The translations under genes were made by a program, and so were the position numbers. The notes under the pieces were generated by a model, which worked only from the letters and a program-made list of their open reading frames with translations, ran no database searches and had not been told where the DNA came from. Shown here piece after piece: positions 30,601 to 44,213 of a DNA stretch of 64,000 nucleotides (the first letter of the stretch is position 1; the number at the start of each line of letters is the position of its first letter). The stretch is from Salpingoeca rosetta (taxonomy: Eukaryota; Protista; Choanoflagellata): positions 1,246,745-1,310,744 of the forward strand of contig JAWQFM010000001.1 of NCBI GenBank assembly GCA_033442325.1, read 5' to 3'.

Positions 30601-33600
30601 ACGACTGCTGGTGACAGCGCCCACGCCGGTGTCCCGCCTGCCCTGGCCAGATAGGGCGCGTGTTGTGGCCTTGCTGCCACTGCTTGTGAGTGCTCTGTGT
30701 ACGGCATCGCCCAAGTTTGCACGTGAGCTTGCAGGCAGCCGCCACATGCAGCTTCAGAAGTGCACGCCGCTCGTCCTGGATCGCCTGCTGAGCCTGCGCG
30801 CCTCCGTGCGCGTTGTACTGCACATTGCCCCCAACGCTCCGGCTGTGGCGGCGCCGCTTGTGCCGCGAGAGTGGGTTGTGTCGCCACCGGAACACGGCCT
30901 GTGGTCTGGGCTGCAGCTTGCCGTGCCGGCATCGTTATCGCTTCAGCGAGTGGGCGTCATCCTTTTCCCCGCTGCGCAGTCTACCCTGGCAAAGCGGGTG
31001 GGCTGCTGTGGCACACGCCTGCGCATTGGTGGCCTCGAGGTGCAAGTGGGCGACCGCGTTGTGGTGCGGCGTGCCATGTCGGATCGCGCACAAGTTGGCC
31101 GCGTGGTTCGCCTGGAAAAGACGTTTGTCTGGATCCAAACAGCAAGCGGGCTTTCAACCGTGTTCGTTTCTGATGTGGCAGTGGGAGCAGTGTCCATCCG
31201 TAGCGCAAGCTCGACGGACAGCGATGTGTGTCACAGCGACGGCGGCCGCAGTGGCAACGACAACGGTGGTGGTGCTCATGGCCATGACGGCAATGGCACG
31301 GCTGCCGGTTCTGCTGGCAAGACGACGAAGGCGAAGCAGGCACCGGAAGCGAAACCAGTCGGCAGTCCCTCACTGGCGCATCTGCCACTGGGAGACTTGG
31401 CGCAGATGTCCCCAGCTGATGGGGCGCTGGTGCTGTGGTGCACGCTTGACGTGGATGCCAACACTGGGCGCCCGGTGCTCACACCACGGCTGCCCTCGAC
31501 ACCGCCCAGCAGCACAAGCACATGTGTTGAAGACACACCAGAAACCGCAGACCGCCAACACCCTCAGCGGCCACTTCCAAGGGGCTTGTTTGACGAGCTT
31601 GCTGCACACGACAAGCTCTACGAGCTCGTGCAAGCGGCTGCGTCCACGTTTCCCCCAGATGCACGCCTGTTTGAGGAGGCCACAGGTGCTGATGAGACCG
31701 TGGGTCTGACAAGTGCCCGTCAGGACACGCAGGCGTTTGTGCGTCATGTGCGCGTGCTGGCTGACATTCCGGGCTTTCTTGCCGCCGCGCTTGAGCACCG
31801 TGTGTTCCGAGCGCTGCTGGTTCGCCTTGTTGGAGCCGGTGTGTCGTCTGCGGATGCTGAATACTTGCAGTCGGGGATGCACATGCCAGACCACGTGCTG
31901 CGTGACAGCGCCGTGCGTGCGACAGATGCAAGCGCGCTGCTTGACGGTGTGCTGTACAACCTGCTCATGACCAGCAGCCGTGGCGCCGCCGCGCGTCCTG
32001 TTCAAGAGCACACGGAAGCGATGATGCGCACGCTCCTGAGCAGCGGAATTGTGTACCACTACTGCGTGAGCGCAGTCTCTGCTGCCGCCGGCGGGGCAGA
32101 GATGGAGGAGGACGCCGATTCCACACATTCGCAGACGTTTGATGTGACACACCCTGCTGTCAAGAGAACCAACGCTGTGCAGGGGGAGGGCGCTGAGTTT
32201 GCGTTTTTCCTCGGCGTCACCTCACGTTCCACAGAGGAGGGCACTGCCAACGTTGCTGGGGCGCCGCCCTCGCTGCACCCGCAGCACTCATCGTCAGCGA
32301 CAGCAACGACGACAGTCATCGGTTTCCCGACACCTGGCGGCACAATCGCAGCCGGTAGTGGTGATGGTGGTGGTGGTGGTATCGGACGAGGAACAGCAGT
32401 GGGACGGGGGAGGGGGATCAGCCCCCGCCGAGGTGGAGCACTCCCACTACAGGACGCCGCGGTGCTTCTTGGGCGCAGCGTCAACGATGCCACTTCTGGT
32501 AGCAGCATGCGCACCCATGCCACCCCGCTGCCGTACTCGCTTCCAGGGTGGACCTCGGTCAGCCCCGGGTCCAGCCCAAGACAAGGGCGGCGCAACACAA
32601 AGGCGCGGCGAAAGCCGGACAGGGCGCCCCCGGCGCAGCGGCTGTTCCATGAGCTGGTGGACCAGCGAGCACGCCTGCTTTCGGAAGCGAACTTGACGGT
32701 GGTTGGTGCGGTGACGACCGCCAAGCCGCTGCCGGCATCTGCGCTGCGTGACTTCTACTTTGAGGTGACGCTGGCTGAGGCGCGCGAAGCATTTGCCGCG
32801 ATTGGCGTGAGCGCGTTGCCCACGCTGACAAGCATGGTTGGCTTTCAAGCCGGCACTTTTGGGTTTCACGCCTTTGACGGCTCGCTGCGGGCTGGACAGC
32901 TGCACTACATCGCTCCCGGCCCGGACTCGTGTCCGCCGGGCACGGTCATGGGCTGCGGCTTCAAGGCAGATGAGCGGCTTGTGTACTTCACCCGCAACGG
33001 CTGCATTGTTGGCGGCTACTCCGACCCCAGCGTGGCCCGGGCACGCTACCCGGCTGTCACAGGCCAGCTGGCGACGCTGGTCCTGCTCAACTTTGGGCAT
33101 GCTCCATTTGTGTTCTCCAACCTGAACCGGCAGCTCATTTCACGGGAGTACCTGGCGGAACGCGGCCTGCTGCACACGGTGGCGTCATCACGGCCACATT
33201 CGGAGCCAGACCTGTCGCTGTTTGAAGGCGGCAGCGGCAGCAGCGACCCCGGCGCGCTCTCGGGCATGCTGCCTGCTGCCGGCTTGGGCATGGGCATGGG
33301 CGCGCACGGGCAGATGCCCAGCTGGCGTGTGGACTTTGCTGCTGCGGAGCACGCAAAGTCGATTGAGTCCCTGGTGTCGCACATCCGCATTCTCACGGCG
33401 TGTGCGAAGCAGGCACGCGTCAGCAACAACCGTAGGGTGCAGCGGGCGTTTGTGATGGTGGTTGAGGAGAGTGGACTATTGCAGGTTGTGCAGGAGTGGC
33501 TGCACAACGACAGCATCAACGACCTGTTCCGCTACCTCAACGTGAACAAGGCGTTTGTGCTGTTTGCACGTGCGCTGTGCGCGTGTGACGACACAAACGT

Positions 33601-33992
33601 GATGGCGCGGTGGCTGGAGTCGCCCCTGTCCATGCTGCGCACGCTTGTGCACGACTACGAGCAAGTTGGAGCGCGTTTTGCCACACGGCCACAGCGCCAA
33701 CTCATGCACCTACTGCGAGTGGCTGCGGAGGAGGTTGAGTCTGCGCTCCGACACGCATCGTCGTCGTCATCGTCGGCACCGGGCAGGACACGTGACAGGC
33801 GCGGCATGCCTGGCTCCGGCTCCGGCTCTGGCTCTGGTGCGGCCTCTGCGTCGTCGCTGTCGTCCTCGTCTGGGGCATCGGCGTCCTCGGGTGTGGTGTC
33901 CCCGGCACCACTCACCTCGGCAACGTCCCTGCTCAGGTCGCCCTTCACAAGGCCGCGAGATCACGACGGTGGTAACGACGACGACGACGACC

Positions 33993-34063
<71 letters not shown>

Positions 34064-36038
34064 GATGATGATGATGGTGGTGGTGCTACCGAGCAACGGC
34101 AGGATCGGCGTGTGCATGGGGAGGGCTCCACAGGCCAGCAGCAGGAGGAGTCTCATGTCGAAGTTGACGCCTTTCGGAGAGTCGAGGCACCGGCAGCTCC
34201 AGAACGCGTGCGGATGACTCCTGAGGTCGCGCCACCTACAAGTGAGCGCGATGATGGGCACGGGCCTGCGGCACGCGACGAGCAAACAACAACAGAGTAC
34301 AAGGGCACGGATGCAGCCGGGAACGAACGTGGCGACAGACAAGTTGCAACACCTGCAACAACTGTGCCAACGACCACAAGACCTGCTGTTTCCACCACAA
34401 CGTCAGAACCAATGGCAACGAGCGATGTGCCGGCAACTGTGGTTGCCGATGCTGTCGAGTATCGCCAACGTCTTGGACGGCAGCGCCTGCGCATTGAGTC
34501 CAAGTTTCCCTCGACGTTCTCGCTATCATCTGGCGAGCAGCGGTCGGTGACGTCGCCTGCACTTCCGCGCCTTGGCCGCGAGCTGACAGACGCCAAGCGC
34601 ACGCTGCCCTGTGACGCAACCAACGCCATCTTCGTGTGCTGTGACGAGAGCAACTTCCACCGCATGCAAGTGCTGATCACCGGCGCCCGTGGCACCCCAT
34701 ACGCCAACGGCTGCTTCCTCTTCGACGTCCTTTGTCCGCCCAACGTGAGTGACCTCTTTGTGCTGCTGTGTTGTGTGTCTGTGCATGTGAGTGCGTGTGT
34801 GTCTGTGTCAGTGTGTGTGTGTGTGTGTGTGTGTTTGCCCGTGCTATTGTTTGTTTGGCTGCTTGGCTGCTTGGCTGCTCGGCTGATTGGTTGTTTTCTG
34901 TTGTCATTTTGTTTTGTTGTGTCTGTTCGTCATCTGTTTCGTTCATGGCGTGGCCATTTATGGACTCATCCACCTCTTCTGTGATGCTCATCACTGCCTG
35001 TATCATGCCTTCCTCGCTGGTGCTATTTAGTACCCACACAAGCCTCCAACTGTGCGCCTGGTAACTACTGGCAACGGCAGCATTCGTTTCAACCCGGTCA
35101 GTAGTACATGCTTGTGTCTGTGCTTGTCTGTGTGTGTATGGTCTGTGTGTGCGTGTCTGTGTCTATGTCTGTGTGTGTCTGTCTGTGTGTGCGTGTCTGT
35201 GTCTATGTCTGTGTGTGGGTATTGGTCTGTGTGCATGCAAGTGCGCGTGTTTGAATTGGTGTGCGCTTGCGTGGAGGCGTTATGCTAGCACGATAACCAT
35301 TTATTTCGCGTCCTCACCATGCCTCTGTGTGTACGTTCCATGGTGCAATTTCTCTGGCAGAACCTGTACAACAACGGCACGGTTTGCCTGTCGCTGCTCG
35401 GCACGTGGCGCGGGGACGGTGGCGGTGAGGAGTGGAACACGAGCAGCACGCTGCTGCAGGTCTTCACGTCGATTCAGTCGCTCATCATGACGGATGACGT
35501 GTATTTCAACGAGCCCGGCTTTGACCACTCACGGCAGGCGCCGGATGTGCAAGCGGTGAACATGGGCTACAACAACATCGTGCGCTACGGCACGGTGCGC
35601 TATGCGATGCGACAAACGCTGGAGTCCCCGCCCGAGTGCTTTGAGGACATTGTGAGGCAGCATTTCTACATCAAGCGCCATGAGATTCGAGCCACTTGCC
35701 AGGCTTGGGTGCAGGACGCGCACGCAGCAGCAGCTGCTGCTGCAGCCGCCTCTTCGTCTTCTTCCTCCTCGTCGTCTTCGGCGACCGATCCTGGACGGCG
35801 AGCACGGACGGTGGTGGCGGCGGCGTATGCTGGGCTCACGATGCAACACAATCCTTACCTGAGCCAGCTGTTTTCGAGGTCGCACGCTGCATATGCCGAG
35901 TACCTGGAGCAGGAGGTTGGGCTGCTGCTTCAGGCGCTTGATGTGCTGGAGCATGAACTTGGCGAAGCGTTTGGTGGCAGCAGTGGGAGAACCGGCCCAG
36001 CCACAGGCCCATCCACATCCAAGAAAGAGCACCAGTAG
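15564..36038 (+). CDS. BIRC6: Giant BIRC6/BRUCE/Apollon-like E2/E3 ubiquitin-conjugating enzyme, ~6,200 aa, multi-domain
   Basis: Exons approx. 15564-16091, 16278(?)-16499, 16694-16764, 17062-20426, 20540-20820, 21191-34744, 35031-35096 and 35361-36038. C-terminal UBC is BIRC6-type ([74 protein letters not shown]) with the catalytic Cys intact. N-terminal similarity to BIRC6 ([21 protein letters not shown]) and a BIR-like segment at about 17270-17423. The exon-2 acceptor is uncertain. Confidence 0.85.
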
Positions 36039-36063
36039 AATGGGATGATGGGAATAGCCGTGG

Positions 36064-36113
<50 letters not shown>

Positions 36114-36957
36114 CTGTGGCTGTGGCTGTGGCTGTGGCTGTGGCTGTGGCTGTGTGTGTGTGTGGCTGTGGCGTGTGTGTTTACGTATTTGCGTGTCTAT
36201 GTTCACGTGTGTAGTTGTGCGTGTCTATGTTCACTTGTGTATCCATCCACAAGTATTTGTGCGTGTTTGTGTTCCTTGTGTTTGGACCCCCTCCATATTA
36301 TCACATCATTCCCCTTGTGGTGGATGACATCCTTGGTTTTTTCCATGTCGCAACATGTGTGACAAGTTGCAGCAGCGCCCTTTACACCTTGTGTTACAAT
36401 GTACTTGCAGTAGCAGTAAACGACATTCATTCAAAGCATGTGACCGCATCCAGCACCCACGTGCTCACATTGTGTGTGCTATTTTCGTCAAGCATCCACG
36501 ACCAAGCATACGCATGCACGTGATGTGAGAACAGCAAACGAAACAGCACCCACTGAACACAGCGCGTGCACCGTCTCAAGTGGCGTTCGTGGGCGTGTTT
36601 GTCGTGGCAAACGACCAGTTGCTCGTGCGAAAAGTGTGTGTGTGTGTGTGCGGTGGTTTGCGTGGGTTATTTTTGGCAATGCTGCTCGACAAAATTCGTA
36701 TGTGTCGCGCGAACCCACGCTGAATCACCATTTTCATCGTCATCGTTCGGCGCGCAAGACCCCACGACCAAGACAACCAAGGCAAGCAAGGCAAGCCAAC
36801 CGAAGCAAGACGAACAACACAAAGGAAAGAAAGAACCCAGCAAGCAAGCCAGAACAGCGACTGCGTGTCAGAGCGAAAGCACGGCAAGGCCAACGAACGA
36901 ACGAACGAACGAACGACTGCCTGACTGACTGCGATAACCAAACAAGGAACACCAACC

Positions 36958-37126
36958 ATGGCTGAAGTTGACTGGAAGAACATCGAGCTGCGTGAGGACG
37001 AGCTTGAGGAGAGCCGTGAAATCTTCAAAGAGGTGTGTGAGTGTGTGTGTGTATGTGTGAGTGTGTGCGTATGTGTGTGTGTGTGTGTGGTGTGCGTTGT
37101 TACAATTGACTGAGTGTGGTTTGAGT

Positions 37127-37188
<62 letters not shown>

Positions 37189-39600
37189 CCTTGTGTTTGG
37201 TGCCGTCTGTTGCTTTGGTGTGGTGGCGTCGCTATGCTTGCACGAACGCTTTCAAGCACCTTCAGCACCTGAAGGTTGTGAGTTCACCTGTTGTCCTGCT
37301 TGCTCGCTGTTGTTTCCTCCCCCCCCCCCACCTGCGTTGTGGGTGCACAGTTTGACCAAGATGGCAACGGCAACGTGACGGTGGAGGAGCTGGACGCCCT
37401 GTTCAAGCGCCTCGGCGAGCCCGTGCCCGGCTACCGCCTGCGTGAGATGATCGCCGAGGTGGACACGGACAAGAGCGGCACTGTGGACTTTGACGAGTTC
37501 ATCAACATGATGAAGAAGGCGCGCGCCAGTGGGGGGAAGTCCGCCTCCAGCATGTACAAGCTCACCGGCAAGGTCAAGAAGCTCAAGAAGGTATGCTTGG
37601 CATCGTGGTATGTGTGTGTGTGGGTGTGTGTGTGTGTGTGTCTTGTGGTATGATTGTTCTGTGTGGCTCGTGATGCATTGCAGCTATTCCCAAACTACAA
37701 CAATGATTTGTCAGCTCACGCATTCATTTCCTCATCACTCCTCGACCCGTTTCTGCTTCTCGCTGTGGCACCCTGACATAACACACACACGCGCGCGCGC
37801 TCTCTCTCTCTCTCATCTCCCGTCTGCAGCTTGGTGGCAACTCCAAGGCCTCGTCAGCAGAAACCACCCATTCCTTCAGCGAGGAAGAAGCCGTACGTGC
37901 TCGTGCAGAGGCGTGTGCGTGTGAGTGTGTGTGTGCGTGTGCGTGTGTGTGTGTGTGTGTGCGCGCGCGCGCGTGTGTGTGTCTGGTTGCCTTCTGGCCT
38001 TGTTGTTTTCTGTTCGTGTTTCCTCATGGCACTGTCGCGCGTGTGCGTTTGCAGATTGCGTTTGGCGACTGGATCAACTACTCGCTGGGCGAGGACGCCG
38101 ACCTCTCCAAGAAGCTGCCCCTTGACGTCTCCGTAAGTGCCTCGTGCATGTGTGTGTGGACGCTTTCGTTGTGTGTTTAATCGTGCGTGCATGCGCTGCA
38201 TGTTGAGTGCACTTCCTTTGACCCTCATTCTCCTTTTCCTTTTCTTGCACAGACGGATGCTGGCGTGGAGAAGCTGTTTGAGATTGTCAAGGACGGGATT
38301 GTGCTGGCCAAGCTGATCAACAGCGCGGAGCCAGGCACCATTGACGAGCGCGCGCTCAACAAGTCCAACCTCAACAGCTTCCGCATTGGCGAGAACCAGA
38401 CGCTTGTTGTCAACTCCGCCGCGGCCATTGGCGTCAACATCACCAACATTGGGCCCGAGGACCTGTCGTGCGGCACCCCGCACATTGTCCTGGGCCTCCT
38501 GTGGCAGATTATTCGCATCGGCCTGTTCAACAAGATCAACATCAAGGAGTGCCCGGGCCTCTCGGCGCTCCTCAAGGACGGCGAAGAGCTCAAGGAACTC
38601 CTCGCCCTCAGCCCAGAGGTGCGTCACCATGATGATGGTGGTGATACTGTGTGGGTATGTGTGTGTGCGTGTGTGTGTGTGTGTGTGTGAGTTTGTGGGG
38701 GTATGTGTGCATGTCTTTGGTTGCTTTCACTTGTTTGTCTGGTTTAGTTGCTCGCTTGCTTGCTCGTTTGAGATACACATTGCGTTTGCCAACCCACAAC
38801 CCACCTACTCCCCCTGCTCCTGCACACGTGCGCGCCTTCCCAACACCACAGGAGCTGCTGCTGCGCTGGGTCAACTTCCACCTCGCCAACGCAGGCTGCT
38901 TCCGCCGCATCAACAACTTTGGCTCAGACATTGCTGACTCTGAGGCCTGTAAGTCTATTTCTCAACAAGCATGCATTGCGCGCTCTGTGTGTGTGTGTGT
39001 GTGTGTGGTGTTTATTTGGTCAGTGTCATGTGTCGTCTTTTCTGCGCTGCTGCTCACATGTGTTCCCCCGCCCCCGCCCCCCCCCCCTTTTTTTATTCTT
39101 GCATGTGTGCAAATCATACAACAACATCAGACACGTACCTGCTCACGCAGATTGCGCCCCGCGAGTACGGCTTTGATCTCTCTCCTCTGGATCCGGTGCG
39201 TTGTGTGCTCCTTGTATGCGCATGTATGTGTGTGTGGTTATGACAAAATGAGCTGTGCTTTGGGGTGGACCCTGCGAACGAGTAATGTTGCCGTGCCCGA
39301 GCCCTAACACGAGGAAATGCCCCTTTGTTTGTTGGCTGCGTGTCGCTTAGACGGACCATGAGGAGCGCGCGAGGCGTGTGCTGGACGAGGCAGCCAAGCT
39401 CGACTGCGCCAAATTTGTGCGGCCCAAGGACATTGCAAAGGGCAACCGCAAGCTGAACCTTGCCTTTGTTGCGAACCTGTTCAACACGTGGCCCGGCCTG
39501 GAGACGGCAGACGAGATTGACCCGTTTGCAGAGGGCGACATCGAGGAGACGCGCGAGGAGAAGAGTGAGTGCTGTTGTGTGCGATGTGCTTGTATCTGTC

Positions 39601-39646
<46 letters not shown>

Positions 39647-41026
39647 TGTGTCTTCACAATCACACACTTTTACAGCGTTGCGACGCTGTGGCAACGTATT
39701 TGTCCTGCGTTGGATGGGTTCCCCTCTTCTCACATGTGTCCACCACCACCACCACCATTTCGGCGTGCCAGCCTTCCGCAACTGGATGAACAGCCTGGGC
39801 GTGAACCCGCTTGTGCACCACCTGTATGCGGACCTCAACAGCGGCCTTGTTCTGCTGCAGCTCATCGACAAGATCAAGCCCGGTATCGTGAACTGGGACA
39901 AGGTCAACAAGCCCCCCTTCAAGAAGCTGGTACGCGATTGGGGGTGTGTGCGTGTTTGTAAGTGGGTGAATGTGTGTGTGTGTGCGTGTATGTAGGTGGG
40001 TGTGTAGCCGGGTGAATGTGTGCGCGCGCGTGTGTGTGTGTGTGTGTGTACGTGCACAGCTGTGCAGATGACATGGTCATTCTGTGGGACTGCCCCCCTT
40101 GTTCTCCCACGCCCTTCCGATTTACGCTTGTCTTGGTATCGTTTCACACCCATCTCCTCATCGACCCACCTCGCATGTTGACGGTCACGCCCTTTCCTTG
40201 GTTGGCAGTTTGCGCAAATGAAGATGATTGAGAACTGCAACTACGCTGTTGAGCTTGGGCGCCAGCTTGGCCTGTCGCTTGTTGGCATTGCGGGCAGCGA
40301 CATCTACCAGGGCGTGCAGAAGCTGATTCTCGGCTTTGCGTGGCAGCTCATGCGCGCGTACACACTCAAGATCCTGCAGCAGCTCTCTGGCTCGGACAAG
40401 CCCATCACGGACGAGCAGGTGCTTGAGTTTGTGAACCAGCGGCTGAGCGAGGGCGGGTACGACACCATCAGGAGCTTCAAGGACGACTCCATCGCCACGA
40501 GCCGCCCCATCCTCAACCTCATCTCCACCATCCGGCCCAACGCCTTCCGGGAGGACATGGTCACCGCTGCGGAGACGGACGAGGACAAGCTTGCCAACGC
40601 CAAGTACACCATCACCATCGCCCGCAAGATTGGTGCCGGCGTCTACGCGCTTCCGGTCAGTCGCGCCTGCAGTGCCGTGTGCTTCGTGTGTGTGCGTCTG
40701 TGTGTGCATCTGTGTGTGCATCTGTGTATCTGTGTGAGCATCTGTGTATCTGTGTGTGTGTGTGTGTGCGAGCTGCTGTTTGTGACTTTGCATGCCCGTC
40801 CTACCTCTCTCTTGGTCGTCAGACCTTCTTCGATTGCACACCATGCACAAGAGATACTTGAATTGCATCGGCAACAACAACCTGATTCGCAACGCTCACG
40901 CACGAACCCTCAACCCCACGCCCAACCGCCAATACGCAGGAGGACATTGTGGAGGTCAAGCCGAAGATGCTTCTGACCATCTTTGCGTGCTTGCAGGAGC
41001 TCTGCATGCGCCTCCAGAAGCAATGA
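36958..41026 (+). CDS. Fimbrin/plastin actin-bundling protein (2 EF hands + 4 CH domains); about 11 exons
   Basis: EF hands FDQDGNGNVTVEEL and VDTDKSGTVDFDEF. CH motifs AFGDWIN, DGIVLAKLIN..TIDERALN, ENQTL..NIGPEDL..HIVLGLLWQIIRIGL, ELLLRWVNFHL, GNRKLNLAFVANLFN, FRNWMNSLGV, ENCNYAVELG, NAKYTITIARKIGA..EDIVEVKPKM. Confidence 0.97.
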
Positions 41027-41582
41027 TGACCATTGTTTCCTCCTTGTTTCCCCATGTCTCCTTGATGTGAAATGATGGAATTCCTTCCATGTTGACTGTG
41101 TACTTTCGTTTTGTATGTTGTATGCTTTGCCTTGCGTCTTTTCTTTCTTTCTTTACATTACCTAGCCTTCTAACAATGTCACAGTGGTCTCTTGTGTGTT
41201 TCCTTGACTTGCTTGCTTGCTTGTTTGCTGTCCCTTGGAAGAAGAAGAAGAAGCGGCCAAACCCCTGCTTTCTTCAACCCTTTTTTTTTTTTTTGCGTGT
41301 TGCTTGTTTCTTTTCTTTCTTTCCTTTTTTCCTCCGCCCTCTCTCTCCCTCCTTTCCAATGGAGCCCCCTCCACAGTTGCATTCCTGAAGGGCCGGCCCA
41401 ACTTGTTATGCCCTGTGTGTGCGCGCGTGAAACAACTGTCAAACAAACAAACCAAGAAGCCAAAGAGAGAGTCAGCACACAAGAGGAAGCCAACCACCAC
41501 AAGTAGTGCAACTGCGGTGCTGAGAATTCGCTGAAAACATTGTCCATTTTTCCACAACCAAAAGCAATCCAAACAAAACACG

Positions 41583-42111
41583 ATGCAACGCGCAACAAAC
41601 GTGTCAGTGGTGCTGCTGGTGGCAGCCGCGATGGTGGCTGTCGCTGCAGCCGGCACGCCATGGATGGATCTCAGCGTAAGTGAAGCGCACCAGAGCTACG
41701 TTAACGTCTCTGCTGTGCATGTTTGTGAGAGCGATTGAGTGATGTGTTCATTGTTGGGGTGTTGTTTTGTCTGGAGGCTGGCACAAACCGCAAAACGCAC
41801 GCACGCAATGTTTCCCCCCACGCACGCACGCGTTCCTCTTTCCATTCACACACTCACATGCCATCCCGTGCTGTGCACCCTGGCAGGCAACGCCAGAGTC
41901 CCGCGCAAAGGCGCTGCTGAAAGAAATGACCTTGGATGAGAAGATCACCATGCTTCATGGCAGCACAGGCCCATACGTTGGAAATGTGCCTGCCAACACC
42001 CGCCTTGGCATCCCTGCACTCAACCTCAACGATGGTTAGTTCAGCACTTGCAAGCACAACCCTCGCTCATGCGTGAGGGTGTGTGTATGTGTGAGTGTAT
42101 GTGTGCGTGTG

Positions 42112-42142
<31 letters not shown>

Positions 42143-42616
42143 CTCGCACACATCATGTGCATGTGCGTGATAGTTGGTTAAAGGGTGCCTTGGAGTGTGG
42201 TGTACGGCGTCGCTAGGGTGCGTGTTGTGTGCTCGCTGCTCTCCACGAACCGCGGAGGCCGTTCACTCACCCCTCTTGCACGTTTGCTATGATGCTGGCC
42301 AGGCCCACAAGGTTTCCGTGACAACGCGCACCCGGGCACGACCACGTGCTGGCCAAGCGGCCTCACCGTTGCAGCCACTTGGGACCTCAACGCCATGAAG
42401 GACTGGGGAACCGCCATGGGCAAGGAGGTGCGTGGCTGTAGTTGTCTGATCGGAGAACAAGCGCGATGTTGACACTGGCTTGCGCTCCCTTGACCACGTT
42501 CTTGATACAGCAGGATCGGGGCTTTATGCCATGTGTGGTTGTATTACTTGTTATGCTTTGTGGACCTCGTTGGGTCTAGGCTCTGCACTCTAAACAGTCC
42601 GCGATCCCTGCAGACC

Positions 42617-42706
<90 letters not shown>

Positions 42707-43333
42707 GCGCGCGCGCACGCACGCACGCACATGCACCCCCCACTCACTCATTCACTCACACACACTCACACATGCACACGCACGCACGCACGCACGCACA
42801 TGCACCCCCCACTCACTCACTCACTCACTCACTCTCACACCCGCTATGAACATGGTGCACAGTTTTACGACAAGGGTGCCAACATTCAGCTTGGCCCTGG
42901 CCTCTGCGTTGCCCGGTATGTCACCTGATGGTGTCACGTTTGTGCTCTGTGATGCAATGGCTTTACGCTTTCTGTGAGGTGGTGCGACTGAGGCTGCTAG
43001 TGTCATCGCAAACGCTTGCCGCCTGCCAGCTGGGCTCATTTTTTTTTCTTTTGGTTGCCTGTGGTGTTGTGCCTTTGTCGTTTGATTCTTCTTCTTCTTC
43101 TTCTTTGATTGGCAGCGTGCCTGTGAATGGGCGCAACTTTGAGTACCTGAGCGGAGAGGACCCGTTCCTTGGATACACGCTGGTGCAGCCTGTGATCCAG
43201 GGCATCCAGAGCCAGGGTGTGCTGGCAAATGCCAAGCACTATGTGCAAAACAACCAGGAGACCAACCGCAGCGGTGTATCCGAGAACGTCGACGAGCGCA
43301 CGCAGTTTGAGATCTACTACCCGCCATTCCAGG

Positions 43334-43405
<72 letters not shown>

Positions 43406-44180
43406 CGTATGTGTGCAAGTGAATGTGTTCGTATGTGTACGTGCGTGTGTCAATGGATATGATTTTCCGTCGATGCCCAGCTCACTCACGCCCTGTGACA
43501 CTTAAACTATCGGTTCCAACACAGGGGGCGCTGGATGCAGATGTGGGCAGCTTCATGTGCTCCTACAACAAAATCAACAACGTCTACTCCTGCGAGAACA
43601 ACCAGACCCTCAACGTCGACTTGAAGGTCTTCACTTTCACGCACCACACCCATTGGTGTGAGGGGTGACACGAGATGCAGAACCTGACCACACACATGCT
43701 AAACACTAACGCTCAAATCTTCCCTCGCACGCCTTCATAACGTCCCATCCGCACCCATTGACCTATCTACCCCGCCCACTCGCCTCACCAATGTACACTT
43801 CTACGCAATCCACACACACAAAACACCCATGTTCCTTGCATTTGTGCAGGACCGTCTCGGCAGCGGGAAGCGGTTCTTTGTGATGAGCGATTGGGGCGCA
43901 ACACACAGCACATCCATCAACGAAGGCCTTGATCAGGAGATGCCTGGTGGAACATACATGAGCACGAAGCTCAAGACGGCAGTGCAAACGGGCGCTGTGT
44001 CGCAGGACACGCTCGACAACTCTGTTCTCAACGTCCTCACGCCGCTGTTTGCAGTCGGGGTGTTTGACAGCAACAACACAAACTCCATTTCAAACAATGT
44101 CACCTCGGATGCGCACAACAAACTTGCTCGCCAGCTCTCCGCCAAGGTTTTTGCATGCACGGCGTTGCCAATGGATGTTA

Positions 44181-44213
<33 letters not shown>

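Noticed and set aside
20708-34984. The 4,758-aa ORF as a standalone gene
   Set aside because: Both ends run into microsatellite introns. In-phase splice sites (20821/21190 and 34745/35030) join it to upstream exons and to the rest of the UBC domain.
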